A DNA stretch of 64,000 bases from Camelus ferus. Its lineage: Eukaryota. Of this stretch, positions 1-12,250 are shown in pieces. The notes beneath the pieces were generated by a model. It was not told the origin of the DNA. It made no database searches and saw nothing but the letters and a program-made list of their open reading frames with translations. A program made the translations under genes and the position numbers. The first letter of the stretch is position 1, and every line of letters starts with the position of its first letter. The stretch lies in the NCBI RefSeq assembly GCF_009834535.1, contig NC_045696.1:107014001-107078000 (forward strand). The letters are read 5' to 3'.

Positions 1-224
1 AGTCAGAATGACAAAGTGCACCTGTGGAGTCTGCCCTTAAATTTTGTTTTCATTCCCTTCCAATAACTGTTCTTCCACAGATTCTCGCCCTGCTCACACT
101 ACCGTGCACCCTTCTCTTGCCTCTATTTACAAGTGTTCCAGTGATTCAGAAGCCAGCCCTGGAAAGTCCTCTGGCTATTAGTCCAGGAATCCCCGTTTTT
201 TCAAATAGTAATTGTGTGGGGTAG

Positions 225-572
225 TCATAGATGCTGTGCTCAGAAGGAATTCTGTGGTCCAAAATAGTGTGGGAGGTGGGGAGGGTATAGCTCAGCGGTA
301 GAGTACGTGCTTGACATGCATGAGTTCCTGGGTTCAATCCCTAGTACCTCCACTAAGGGAGAAAAAGTGTGGAAAACACTGGGTTAAACAACGTTAAAAG
401 ATTTATTTAGTGCAAATCTTCTAGTCCTTAAAGTGTAGGTATGTATTATGAATCTATCAGAGGAAGCTTTGGTAAGGAGCATTTCCCACATTTACTTAAA
501 TAAGGGATTTTATTTCAAAAGACGTCAAGAGAAGTCATTGTTTCTACAGAACACATGTTGAGAAAAGCTGGT
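225..572. mobile_element. MER103C-like non-autonomous hAT-Charlie element, interrupted by a SINE
   Basis: 'ttctgtggtccaaaatagtgtgg...aaacactgggttaaacaacgttaaa...gcatttcccacatttactt...gaaacacatgttgagaaaagctg' resembles the MER103-type consensus as I recall it; boundaries approximate. Confidence 0.5.
278..365 (+). mobile_element. Vic-1-type tRNA-Ala-derived camelid SINE
   Basis: GGGGAGGGTATAGCTCAGCGGTAGAG (A box)...GGTTCAATCC (B box)...TACCTCCA plus A-rich tail; flanked by approximate repeats aaaatagtgtgg / aaaaagtgtgg. Confidence 0.9.
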
Positions 573-1259
573 TTTGCCTCTCACCCCTTCACTTCCCAGA
601 TGAAAAACTCAATTCTCACAGAGTTTTAATGACCTGCTCCATCTGTAGCTGGTTAGCAGGAGGGCCACCAGACTCATCTCGCAATTCCAAGTGCCGAGAC
701 TTGTCCCTTGCACTGAATCTTTGCGGGGGACACCCTGTCCTTCCAGGGCCATCTCGCTCCCCATGAGAACACGCAGGGTCTGCTCTGCGTCTGGAGGCGG
801 GGCTGGAGTCCCCAGGTGCCCCTACTTCTGAGGCAAGGCTGGTGGGCTGAACTGGTGTACTTTTCCACCAGCACCTCAAAGCTGAGGCAGCAGTGAAATC
901 AGACAGCTGGGAAACAGGGCAACAGTTTAGTAAAGAGATTGCACAGTGCTCAGTACATAGGAAGTTCTCAAAGTTAATTAGAAATAATTCTTAATTGACA
1001 TAAGCACATTTATTGGCCCATGTGCAGGACACAGCTCCTCACTCTACTTTTCTAGCCTTTGTGTTGACTTTATTTCTTTGGCTGGTCTTTCCAGGTTGAG
1101 GCTATAGCATCTCCAGCCTCATATTCTGTGGAGTAATGAAAAAATTTTTGTCCCCAATAATTCAAAAAAAAAATTCCCCATAACTGAGTTCCATTGGACT
1201 AGCTTAGCTGGCATGCTGATCCTCAACTGGGAGCCCGGACCACAGACAACAGTAAATAC

Positions 1260-1720
1260 TGTCTCAGGTTGGGATCCCCAGAGGTATGCACTCAAAAGGA
1301 TTTGAGTGCTAATAGTTATTTGGGAAGTGACTCCAGGAAGCAGATAGGTAGGATGTGAAGAAGTCAGCATGAGGGGAAAGAAGCCAGTCCAGGGTGGCTT
1401 CGTGTGACGGTTACCAAAGTGGGCAAGGTTGTCTAGGGAAGCAGTATATAACACGTCTCAAAACGCCCTGCCCAGCGTGCAAGGAACTGGAGTATTTATC
1501 ACCAACTCTCATCCATGGTTGGCTGGAGACTCTTACTGGGGATGTTAATGCCCCAGCACTCCTGGCCTCCAGGGGACCAAGAACGTTGCTGTGGTACCAC
1601 GCCGGGTGCTGACAGCATCAGTCAAGCCCTGTGGGGGTGTCCCCGGCACAGGGCTGCGGTGGGAGTGTCCCCGGCACAGGGCTGCGGTGGGACACATTGT
1701 CTCGCTCAGCACCAGTGACC
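1260..1720 (-). mobile_element. LTR16-like ERVL solo LTR
   Basis: Begins 'tgtctcaggttgggatccccagagg...ggatttgagtgc...tatttgggaagtgactccaggaagca', typical of a reverse-oriented LTR16-type end. Confidence 0.5.
1637..1692. repeat. Perfect 28-bp tandem duplication
   Basis: gtgtccccggcacagggctgcggtggga at 1637-1664 and 1665-1692. Confidence 0.95.
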
Positions 1721-3569
1721 CGGCCCCAGCAAGTCCATTGTGGAGGCTCTGAGGATGCAGGCCGCACCCGGAAGGCAGTTCTTGTATAATCCTACCTCAG
1801 AAGTGACATCTCATCACTTCTGCAGGCTCATACTGGTTGGGAGCGAGTCAGTAGGTCCAGCTCACCCGCAGGGAGAGGAGATTACAGAAGGGCAAAAATA
1901 GCAGGACATGAAGGTCGTTGGGGGCTGTTTGAGAGGCTGCCTGCTACATTGCCCTCTGCCCCCCAGCAATTCCTGACCCTCCCCACATGCAAAACACACA
2001 TCAGTTGTTCTCACCCACAGAAGCTTTAGGTTTTTCTCAGTTACAATCTTTTCTGCAAGCACTCGCTAACTCCATTGGGTGTTTGGCAAGAAAATCATCC
2101 ACTTGAACTCTGGGCGCCTTCCATCATAGGCAGCACTGGGTTTTGGAAGTTTTGGGACTCAGATTCGTGGACACCCTTAGGAAACTGATGACAGGGATAA
2201 TCCATCAAGGTAACATGAGAGTGAGAGGGGGTCATGGAACTTAACTGGCTTGGTAGGACGTGGTCAGACGGAGTGAAGGAGGTGTTATCTGAATTCCCTC
2301 TGGGAGCAGGAGCCAAGAGGGGCACTTTGAGGACCAGCGAGCTGGATGAAGGATGCAAGGCCATGCATGGATTGTGCCTGTGCAGTGTTCATTGGGCATA
2401 TGAGTCATAATGTCCATCTTTCAGGTTTAGACAGATGGTAAAATATAGGGCTAACAGCTGGGACTAAGGTGACAAATCATCCAGATTTGCATCCCAGCAC
2501 CAACCCCACAGTGTGATCTTGAGCTAGAAGCCCCACTTCATCGAGGTACCGTGAGGATTACATGAATAATGGCGGTAGGGGGCTCCGCACGATGCCTGGC
2601 ACCTGAGGAAAGAGAAACCATACCAGTTACTGTCGTTTTCACGCATTCTCTCTGCGACTTTAGGTGTGGCCCTGACTTCACTCTTCATTCACATGCTGCA
2701 ATCAATTGTTAGGGAAGCTGCCAGACGGCAGTGCTGCTCCCGCGGCTGACTCAAACTTCTAGCCTCCCGGAGGGCCTGCCGTGCCTGGAGGAGCCCTGGA
2801 GAAGCTCTTATTTGCCCCAGGTGGTCTGCACACCTGCTGCCGGACAGCTGGAGGCCAAAACTCTGATTGGAGTCTAGTAATCATGCAGCTTCTGTCACTG
2901 GAAATGAGAGAGAGAGGGAGAGAGAGGGAGAGGCAGGTTCTGGGACTAACCCGAACCCCACTCCACAGAGACCTCCTGCAGGCAGCCAGCCCCGACGTGC
3001 AGGGCCCAGGCCTGAATTTTCTATCCTCCAGCATCAAGCAGAACCCTCACGGCTCACAAAAGGGGCAAGGAGCACCGGACGAGGGTAAGTCCCATCTTCT
3101 GTCCTATTTGGGGCACCTCCCCAGTCCCCAGTTAATAGCGAGTGCCATCTCCTGAGGGCCATGCCCTGCGCCAAATGCTTTCAAATCCAGTTACACTCTC
3201 TAGGTTCCCCAACCAGTCCTCCATTAAAAGGATGTGGAAAATTGGTGACAGTAAACAGTCTATCGGGCAATGAAGGCCATGCACATGTCCCTGTACCAAA
3301 CCGCCCCGAGCACACTTGAAAATGCAAGATGGAACGTTCTTTCACCCGCCTCCCCCACTCTCCCAGGGGTTGGACAGGGACATACCCTTTACTGGTCCCA
3401 GATGTGTTCCCACCTCACCACCACACACACACCAGACATCGTGCAGAAGCTCCTGGAAAACCAACTCTAGGCTGAGCCCCAGACTTACCTCCGACTTGAC
3501 CACAGGCAGGCAGGCAGCTCACATGGGCTGACAAGGGTCTGCATCTCTTCCCACCTCCTCATTAGTAGT

Positions 3570-3683
3570 TGGAAATCAGCCAGTATGGATTCTTTACACC
3601 CTGGAAACTGGTGAAACTACATGTCAGGACTTTTCCTTTATTCCTAGAGAGCAGGTTCTTAAACACTGACCAGCACACCGCTG
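3570..3683 (-). mobile_element. MER63-like hAT-Blackjack MITE end
   Basis: Reverse complement starts CAGCGGTGTGCTGGTCAGTGTTTAAGAACCTGCTCTC, resembling the MER63 terminus. Confidence 0.5.
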
Positions 3684-4699
3684 TTACAGATCGATGAGTT
3701 ATAAAATCCTACCATCCCAAGACAATGTTCTCATCAGTGTGCAAACACTTTACGCTGCTATGAAAACTAGGAACGTGTCAGATGGAGTCCTACGCAGCCT
3801 CTGGGATCCCAAACCTTCCGATTGCCTTGCTTTAAGGATTACAGCTGTCATCTTGGAATTTTTCATTCACCAGCAGAACCCTTAATCCACCTCTAAAATA
3901 CGACTCACATAATGAATCCAGGTATTTCGCCCAGTGCTAAAATCCAAAAGCAATTAGCCTTTTTGTTTATTTCACGTGGGAGTTAGACTCTAAAAGCTAA
4001 ATGAACACTCAAAAAAAGGAGCCAGGCATTGGTCCAAATGTCTGAATGATGTACTAATTAAATTGTATAACAACACCACTATCTTTATACATACACTTTA
4101 TTACAGGTTGGGGAATCAGCCCGGGCCTTGCACGTCAGCCTCCGGGAGAGGGACGGCGCAGGGCGAGGCGCTGCAAGGGAGACGGAGCTACACGTTCACA
4201 AAGAAACTGACAAGACTTTGGATGAGATTTGGAAAAGCTTGGTTAATTTTTTTCTCTCTTCTCTGCTGTAAGATGATTTTAATCAGGGATAAGAGTTTAA
4301 AAGATGGCTTATTCAGGTACTCACTAAATAAATATGGTAAAACTTGGAATAGATGCTAAGGATAATATAAAACTAGTAAGGCCTGTTCCAGGCCCTCTTA
4401 AAGTCCTCAGCGTGCCCCAGTCTGGCAGAGGAGAGAATGTTGATGACAGCATGTCCCTAAATGTGACAGAGGACTCACGGGTTCCTTGTGGGGCCAGAGA
4501 AGGATGGTTCAGAGTGTCTGGGTCGAGGGTGGGAGAGTGGGTACCCAAGGCTCCCCAGCGGAAAGTGGCTTTGAGCCGATTTCTCTCGCATTTCCTTCAT
4601 CCTACTTCACAAGCTTCCGTGAGGAGCTCATGAAATATGTATTGTTGAAGTAGCTTGTTTCCAAACTAATGCTGGTTGTCACAAGGAAAACCTAGAAAG

Positions 4700-4880
4700 A
4701 GTAGTAATAGCAATAATGGCTGGTGTGCACTGAGATTTTCCACAGGCCAGGCGCTGCCCCGAGAACTTTACGTGGCCTGATTCGTTGAACCTTCACAGCA
4801 ACACTAGGATGTACAAGTGAGCAGAGCAAAGCTTAGCGAGGAATGGGGTTGGCATTTGAATCCTGGGCTCTGGACTCATG
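4700..4880 (-). mobile_element. MIR SINE (degraded)
   Basis: 'aataatggc...cactgag...gccaggcgctg...ttgaaccttcacagcaac...atttgaatcctggg' resembles the reverse MIR core. Confidence 0.55.
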
Positions 4881-5769
4881 GTACAGGATTACGTGGCCAG
4901 GGGCAGTGTGCCACCACGGACCCCCCCCTACTTATCACAGCATCATCTCTGTATGCTCACTGTCTTTAAAGAGATTGTCTGGTACAGCAACATGAGCCTC
5001 GGGGTTCATCTTGAGTCCTCCTCCCGGCCACATCACTAACTAGGCTGTGACATGCAGGCAAGTTGTCTCTTCAGTCTCTGCTGCCAACTACAGCCCAGCT
5101 CAGGCCACTAAATCCAAGCCCCCTAACCCACTCACCATCTCCCCAATCACAAGGCTCTGCTGGGTCTCCAAACCTCTCCAGAGTGAGTGGATGACTCTAG
5201 CACAAAATTGCTAGCACCTTCTAGCAATGTTTCTCTTTCTGGGGACCAAACTAAGGTAAATCTGCTCTGCCAGCACCCAGCCTCACCCAGAAAACAGCAG
5301 TGAATGCTCCAAGTCACTGTGAAAAACAACATGGCAGCCAAGGTTCTGAGGGGAGTGCTCAGAAAGAGGAGAGGTGGTCCCCGAAGAAGAACAAGCCACT
5401 TAACCTGGGCAGAGAGGACAGAGAGCTGGACGACAGACTATGCTGCCATATGTGGGGCCCAGCACACAGTAGTTGCTTAATATAATTTTTCAAATGATGA
5501 CAATATTCTATCTAGTGTCAAACAGGTACTAGGGGCTATTTGCTAGTGATAACAAGGTGTTCCATGCAAGGCGGGAGGGGATGGGGATGGTCTACCAAGG
5601 ACACGGAGAGAACACACCTGGCTGCAGCAGAAGCAGGTCTGTTGAATAGTGGGGAACAAGATTTGGGCCTGTGAGCCTGACTCTACCAACTAGAAACCAG
5701 AGATGGGACAAGAGACAGAGAGAGGGGAGTGGTTCTTCACCTGGGGGGATGCATGCAGACCCCTTGAGT

Positions 5770-5920
5770 ATTAAAATTGGATGTGCACACCCCTCACTTG
5801 AGGAATCTCATCAAAATGGAAGTTCTGATGCAGCAGGTCTAGTTTGGGGCCTGAAAGTCTGCATTTCTATAAAGCCCCCCGGTGATGCTGATGCTACGGG
5901 ACCACACTTTGAGTAGCAAG
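5770..5920. mobile_element. MER5A-like hAT-Charlie MITE
   Basis: 'ttctgatgcagcaggtct...ggggcctgaaagtctgcatttct...ggtgatgctgatgct...ggaccacactttgagtagcaag'. Confidence 0.7.
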
Positions 5921-6052
5921 TCCTTAAGGGTCCACAACAGGCTTCAGAGGTCTGTGAAGGCCTTAAAACCATTTGCAAAGTTTAATATTCTGTTCACGTG
6001 TGCACTTTTCTGTAGCAAGATCATAGTTTTCCTTAGATTCTCAAAGGGATCT
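5921..6052 (+). mobile_element. Charlie4z-like hAT MITE, interrupted by an MLT1 LTR
   Basis: 'gggtccac...ggcttcagaggtctgtgaa...tgtgcacttttct...catagttttccttagattctcaaagggatc' matches the remembered Charlie4z layout. Confidence 0.55.
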
Positions 6053-6498
6053 CTTTAGGGTTGAATTGTGTCCCCCAAAAAAGATATGTTATGGTCCTAA
6101 CCCTAGCACCTGTGAATGGGACCTTATTTGGCAATCAGATCTTTGCTGATGTATTCAAGTTAAGATGAGGCCACTGGGTGGGCCCCCAGCCAATAGGACT
6201 GATGTCCTTAGAGGAGAGAGATGTGGACACAAACACACAAGGAGAACTCCCTGTAACAACAGAGGCAGAGACTGGCCAGCTGTGAGCCAGAGAACACCCG
6301 GATTGCTGGCAAACACAGGAAGCTAGGGAGGGACAAGGAAGAATCCTCCCCTGCAAGTTTCCAGAGAGGACACAGCCCTGCTGACATCTTAATCTTGGAT
6401 TTCCAGCCTCCAGAACCATAAGACAGTAAGTTTCTGTGTTTAAAGCAACCCAATTATTTGTGGTACTTTGCTCTGACAGCCCTGGGAAACTAAAACAG
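6053..6498 (+). mobile_element. MaLR solo LTR (MLT1B/C-like)
   Basis: 'gggttgaattgtgtcccccaaaaaagatatgtt...gaccttatttgg...ttccagcctccagaacc...tttctgtgtttaaagcaaccc...cagccctgggaaactaaaaca'. Confidence 0.85.
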
Positions 6499-7025
6499 GG
6501 TCTGAGATGCACACACACACAGAGTGAAGAATTAATCATAAAGATACAAGAAATTGTTGATGATTTTGAGATTAAGATTTGCAGCCATAACTGGCAATTG
6601 GCAACTGCTACATTTCCCATGTGCATTTGCTTCCTTCCTTAAACCCTAAAATTGGCTTCTTTCCTAATCAAAGCCTTCCCTGAGGTCTCCAGCTTTTCCT
6701 TCCCCTTCAGCCTGTAGGAAGACACACGCTCTTTCTGGACTTCCAGGACTGAAAAGCCCGCCATTTTCTTCTTCATATCAAGTGTGGAGAAGCTGAAGCT
6801 TCTGGCTTTTCTTCCTCCCCAGGTCCCACCTCTGCCATGGTTTGTCTTCAGCTCAATCCACACAATCTCATTCTTCCTTATTCTCGTCTTTCCTCGGCTC
6901 TGAGGAGAGAGGCAGCCTTCCCTCTTTTGATGAGTAGATTTAATCCTTGAGGTATTCTACCCCCATCGCTTACCTGGACACCCAGGCTCTCTGGATTAGG
7001 GGGCACGATTCAGATAACCTGCTGT

Positions 7026-7039
7026 GTTTCCATGGCAAC
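7026..7039. promoter_or_regulatory. RFX X-box motif
   Basis: GTTTCCATGGCAAC matches the RFX consensus GTNRCCATGGYAAC except at one position; motif match only. Confidence 0.4.
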
Positions 7040-9079
7040 TGCCTCTGCCTCCAGGATGCTTCCTGTCCCCCACCATGTCTGGGCTCTGAGGAACTCCGGT
7101 CTGCACATCTGTCATGGTGGTGGCCACTGTTCACTGTTCCCATTACACTTCTCATCTTCTGCTGAAGGAAAGAAGAAAGCAGACGGAGAACTAGCATTTA
7201 CTGAGTATTCAGTGTGTGGTTTCACATACATTTTCCTCCTTAACCGTCACCTGCACACTTACACACTCAAAATGAGCATGGGTATCAGCATGCCATTGAG
7301 CTCATCTTCCACGTTAGGACACTGAGTCATAGGGCTGGCAAGGAACAGAAGCAAGATTCCAGTGCAGCTCTGTCAGCTCCAAAGCCCACGCTCTCCTCAC
7401 CGCTCTAAGCCGCCTGTCTGTGTCTGAGCTAAACAGCTAAATCAGGGCTATATATAAAACCAGTCAGGCTCAATTCTGTTGTTGCAGAATATTGTCTTTA
7501 AGACAAATATTTTAGTGTCATGTAAACACAAGCACCATCTGTCCACATACATGCTATCTGTCTGATTCACTTACTCTGGCTGATGCAAAAATAACCATCA
7601 TCAGCTATTCAACACACGAGACAACCAAAGTGGCACTTTCCCACTGGTTGTTATGGACACAGTCATAGCTTTAGCTTTTCAACAATAATCCCCAACTCTG
7701 AATTTGCAACACCCCAGGGTATTTCCAGTCACTGTAAGGGATTTTAAAAGATTCTTAAATATTCCCAGAACCAAATTAGTGTCAACATCCTCTAAGAAAT
7801 AAAGAGGCTCGCAGCAGACTTTTCAGAAGGCAGGGAGAAGGCTGTATGGTGGAGCCCAGCGATGCTGAGAGCTGCTATAATGAGCACAAGGTAGGGCAGG
7901 TCTGTCTCCCATCTCTTCACTCAGGTGGCCTTTCCCTCAAGGAACAGATGAATATGTCATTCTTGCTTGTAAATAGGCATGAAGACCTTGTTGTTATGGT
8001 ATGAGAATGTTTTATTTAAAAAAAAAAAACCTCAAGTGACTGTAAAGATTTCTGCATGAAAGGTAAAAGGACATGGAGCTAATTTTATCTGGAGAAAGGA
8101 AAGCCAAAAAGCAAGGCTGCCAGTTTTAGTTGGGAGGAGCACATAAGAAACACTTACGCCCCTTACCTGTGGCAGCCACCACTCGCTAATAACAACTCTA
8201 GCAGGGAGCCAGAGCTGAGCCTCAGAATCCTTCTCAACACAACTCTCTAAGGAAGCACATGAAATCGACTGGCCATGTCCCTGATATGGAGCCGGCTGCA
8301 AATCAGCACGCTGGGATTCACTATCACATCACAGATGGCGGAGCAAGTACCCAGACACTCACTCTCTTCCCCTCTTTTTATCTTGCCTTTAACCCACTGA
8401 TTTCTCACTTCATCATTTCTAGAGAAACCTATCCTTTTCAAATGGTTCTGAATTTGTGTTCATTTTTTGCCACTGGGCATCCATCCATCCACCTACCCTC
8501 TCATAGGTATGCAACTGTTAAACTGGCATTTGTAAGAAATGGCCCCAGCGCGGGAGTCTGAGGACCTCAGCTTGAATCTACCAAGTTCCAGCTCTTTGGC
8601 TCTGGGTGAGGCCATTTCATCATCTCTGATAAAGAGGATACTTGCAGCAACCTCTCCACATGGTTTCTATGAGTATCAGATGAAATACACAAAAAACCTC
8701 ACACAGTACCCTGAGTGAATAGATTTAATAAACGCTAGCTTAATCTAAAGAACTGGTAGACATAGCTATTTCAAGACAAATTCGCCACCGCCATTGAGGA
8801 AGCATCCTGATCCACCATGTCACTGGTATCAAATATTCTCTTGACATCCAGAGTCAGCCGGGGCTCCTTGTCCCTTGAGATTTCAGTAAAAATTAACCTG
8901 AGCTCCACCCTGCAGAGCTACATCCCTTGGAAGTCCAAAGCCCTTCCTACAGTCTCAGTGGATTCCAGGGGCTCACATTCTCCCTCTTGGGCTCCTGTGA
9001 TCTCACATGTAGACTCGGCTCAGAACCTCTTCAGCTCAGACACAAAACTTAGCTCCTTCCCCATCTGCTGAAAAAAAAA

Positions 9080-9107
<28 letters not shown>
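9080..9107. repeat. (TG)14 microsatellite
   Basis: Read directly. Confidence 0.95.
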
Positions 9108-9110
<3 letters not shown>

Positions 9111-9529
9111 CACAGAAAGCTTTTGGGAACAAAGGATCCCTTGTCTCTTCCACTTTGTCGCTGACACAGCCCCCAGAAATGTAGGATTCAGCTCTAGCTT
9201 TTGTCTTCTGAGCGCCATCATCCCACCCATCCTAGAGCACAGGACATAATGCAGCCTCCTGCCAACTGTCTCTCATCTGCCACTGATATCTGGTCCACAG
9301 TGGGCACTCACACATTTTTAGCCCTGAAAACCCATGGAAGTTTGGGGATGACCCCAATATGGCAGTTCAGCCAGCCTGAGCTTTTTAGATTTCTGAAATG
9401 TAGTCTGAGAAAGTTGGAGTTCAGGTCACTGTCTTGCCCCATCCCCAGCCACCTGCAACCTGCACAGAGCCTGAGCCTTCTTGAAAGTCATTCTCTCTTG
9501 AGATGAAATGGTTGTATCCTGCCCCCCTC

Positions 9530-10060
9530 CAAAAAATGACTGCTTTAATGTTATTGGTTCCATTTGCTCTTCCTAAACCATGCCACTCCCCCATCAAGAA
9601 ATGAAGACTTTCCCTCTCCTTGAAATCAGGCAAGCCATTATGATGCTTCAACCAATAGAGTATCAGTAGAAGTAACACTGCATGACTTCTAAGACAAGGA
9701 CATAGACAGGAATATGGCTTCTTACTGGATCTCTTTATCCAGGATTCTAAATCGTGGTATCCAGCCGCCATGTTGTAAGGAAGCCCAGGCTACACAGAGA
9801 AGCTATGTGTAGGTGTTGTCACTGACAGACCCAGCTAAGATCTCAGTCAGCAACCAGCATCAACCACCAGACAAGAGTGAGACTTCAGATGATCCCAACC
9901 CATTTCTTCAAGCTGTCCCAAGTGATGACAAATGGAGGGGAAAAAAACAGCTATCCCTGGCAAGCCCTGCCCTAACTGCAGATTCATGAGCAAAATAAAT
10001 GTTGCCTTGTCTTAAGCCACTCGGTTTTAGAGTGGCTTACTTTGCAACATTAGATTACCT
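9530..10060 (+). mobile_element. MaLR solo LTR (MLT1-family)
   Basis: 'ccagccgccatgttgtaaggaagcccagg...cagcatcaaccaccagac...ctgcagattcatgagcaaaataaatgttg...ttaagccactcggttttagagtggc'. Confidence 0.75.
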
Positions 10061-10749
10061 GCCCAAGTATGCCTACCAATTACTGGAGATGATATAAATG
10101 CTGACACTCTATACTTCCACACAAATTGGTTAGTCACTGATCAGTCCTGAGAGTTAGGAGTCAGAACTAGGGAACCAGAATTTGTCCCAGTCCCAGAAAC
10201 ACAAGGGCCAGAACCTCAGTTCATTCATTTATTCTCTGACCCATGCTAGCTGGAATTAACCCAACTCTTAAAGCCAGATAAGACAGGCTCCAATGTCCTC
10301 CTTAAGATTTCCATGAAATTCCATAAGACCTATCTTCTCATCGTCCTTCCTGGCTCTGTGCTTCTGTTTTTGCAGACTTAGTTTTGTCAGTGGGTCATTT
10401 CTCTGACTAGCACGTGCTGGTAGAGAACAGAAGTCATCCTCTTTCTCTGATATTTACAAAAAGACCATTCACATAAGTCTTGGTCTGTGGATCAGATATT
10501 ACTGCCTGTGTGAGCAAACTAAGGTGATATATTGCAGAATTAGAAGTGAAATTACAGGCATCCCTATTCCTTCCGTGCACCCATTCCGGCCACCTCACCC
10601 CATCCAGAGACCTGAGTCTCGTCAGATTCAGATTTCTCTCTCTCCACTCTCCCCCTCAACATTTTCCCCTCATCACTACTTTTCCCTCCAGTTGCCCCCA
10701 GGAATTTCATGTCCAAACACGGTACTTTTCTTTCTGTTGTTTAGGCCTG

Positions 10750-10937
10750 CCTGTGGCTCTCAAACTTGACCATGAATCAAAATCAATAGGAGAGCTCATA
10801 AAACAGATTTTTGGGCCTCATCCCAGAATTCCTGATTTAGTAGGTCTGGGATAGGGCCTGAGAAGTTGCATTTCTAAGCAAGTCCCTGAGTGATGCTGAC
10901 GCTCCTTGTTGGGGAATCACACTTTGGGAACCACTGG
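10750..10937. mobile_element. MER5A-like hAT-Charlie MITE
   Basis: TIR-like ends 'ctgtggctctcaaactt' and 'cactttgggaaccactg'; internal 'tgatttagtaggtctggg...ttgcatttctaagcaagtccc'. Confidence 0.75.
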
Positions 10938-11139
10938 CATACATTATCTGTCTCTCTAGCCCTTATTTTAAAACTTGTCCCCAGGTCTACCTTTGCTCTT
11001 CAGCTGATCAGAAAAGAGTCACCACCCAATTAACTGCCCAAAGGATGCTTGACAGCATCCAGAAATCACTTGTGCTGTAGACACCAGTTATGGTTTTAAC
11101 TACAATCATTTCCTCCTCCAATTTGCTTCGGGGGCAGTA

Positions 11140-11352
11140 TAAACTAGGGTGGCTGGCTCAGAGCTGGCTCTACCCATTACTAGCTGTGTGACCTTGGCCA
11201 TGTGACTTAAACTCTCTGAGCCTGCTTTCATCTATAAAGCTATGGATGATAATGCTTACTTCTTAGGGTTGTATGAGCATTAATGGAGGTAATGCACGTA
11301 TAGTACTAACCGATTCCTGGGCATGTGAAAAATACTCTATACATGTTAGTTA
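11140..11352 (+). mobile_element. MIR SINE
   Basis: 'tactagctgtgtgaccttggcc...tgacttaaactctctgagcct...catctataaa...tagggttgtatgagcattaa'. Confidence 0.75.
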
Positions 11353-11869
11353 TTTCTCAGTTATTCCACAAATCTTGACCAAGCCCTTGCCATATTTCAG
11401 TCACCGTACTCGGCACTGGGATGAGAGCTGAAACCACGCGGTAGGAGAAGGGAGGGACAGTAAACAAAACACAGGCTCTCAGGTTTACACCAGAGATGAG
11501 CTTATGAAGGCCTCTGATAATTCAGGACTAATTCTTCTTAGAAACAAATGCAAAATGGGAGCTGTATTCTAGGGGCACATAAATCCACCACATTGTAGAA
11601 TGATGTGCTCTAATGCTGCTTTTTGTTTTCTCAGCATTAGCTCTAATATTTTGCAGAGGGCTTGCTCTTACATTAATGGCAGTTGTTGGGGCTTCCTGGT
11701 AGCATTTTATCACATCTAACTTCTATTCCAAAGTTATGGATCTTTTCGGTATGCTTTTCATCACTTGCACAAACGTCACCTAATGAATGTTTGGATGACT
11801 TTGCTAAATTATAACAACCAACTGATAAATATGAGGACAACTGTCACCAAAAACGACTCACAGAAGTTC

Positions 11870-12250
11870 AGGCGTCTGTAAACAACCGCAGGGTCGACAA
11901 ATGCTGACGTCGGAGATCAGCTAAGATAGCGCCGCCCTGTGGCTGCATAAAAAACACACGTCGTTTCAAAATTCCCTGGGTCCTCCAGTTCATGATGGGC
12001 GCTTCCGGTTTGGGTTGTTGCTGCTGCTTATCTGGGGACAGTTGCATAACTTTACATTTTGTGCATAAAGTGAAAATAGTGTCTCTCTGTTCAACTGTTT
12101 CAAATCTGTCACTCAGATTCCCATGACATGTGTGTGCCCGAATCACGATGATCTGACTGGGAGGTGGGAGACCCCACTCTGGTGATCTGATCGCCGAGTG
12201 GCCGGTTCCACCCTCCGTGCCTGCAGCTGCCGCCTTTCCCCTTTTAGGTG
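11870..12250. promoter_or_regulatory. CpG-retaining promoter/enhancer-like patch
   Basis: Visibly more CpGs than the flanks; CRE-like TGACGTC 11905-11911; CTCF-like tagcgccgccctgtggctg 11927-11945; ETS CTTCCGGT 12002-12009; GATA TTATCT 12028-12033; C/EBP-like TTGCATAA 12042-12049. Confidence 0.4.

Noticed and set aside
1637..1692. CRISPR-like 28-bp direct repeats
   Set aside because: Only two abutting copies with no spacer, in mammalian DNA.
3061..3090. Plus-strand first-exon donor (GAGG|GTAAGT at 3085)
   Set aside because: Isolated donor with no supported start site or partner exon.
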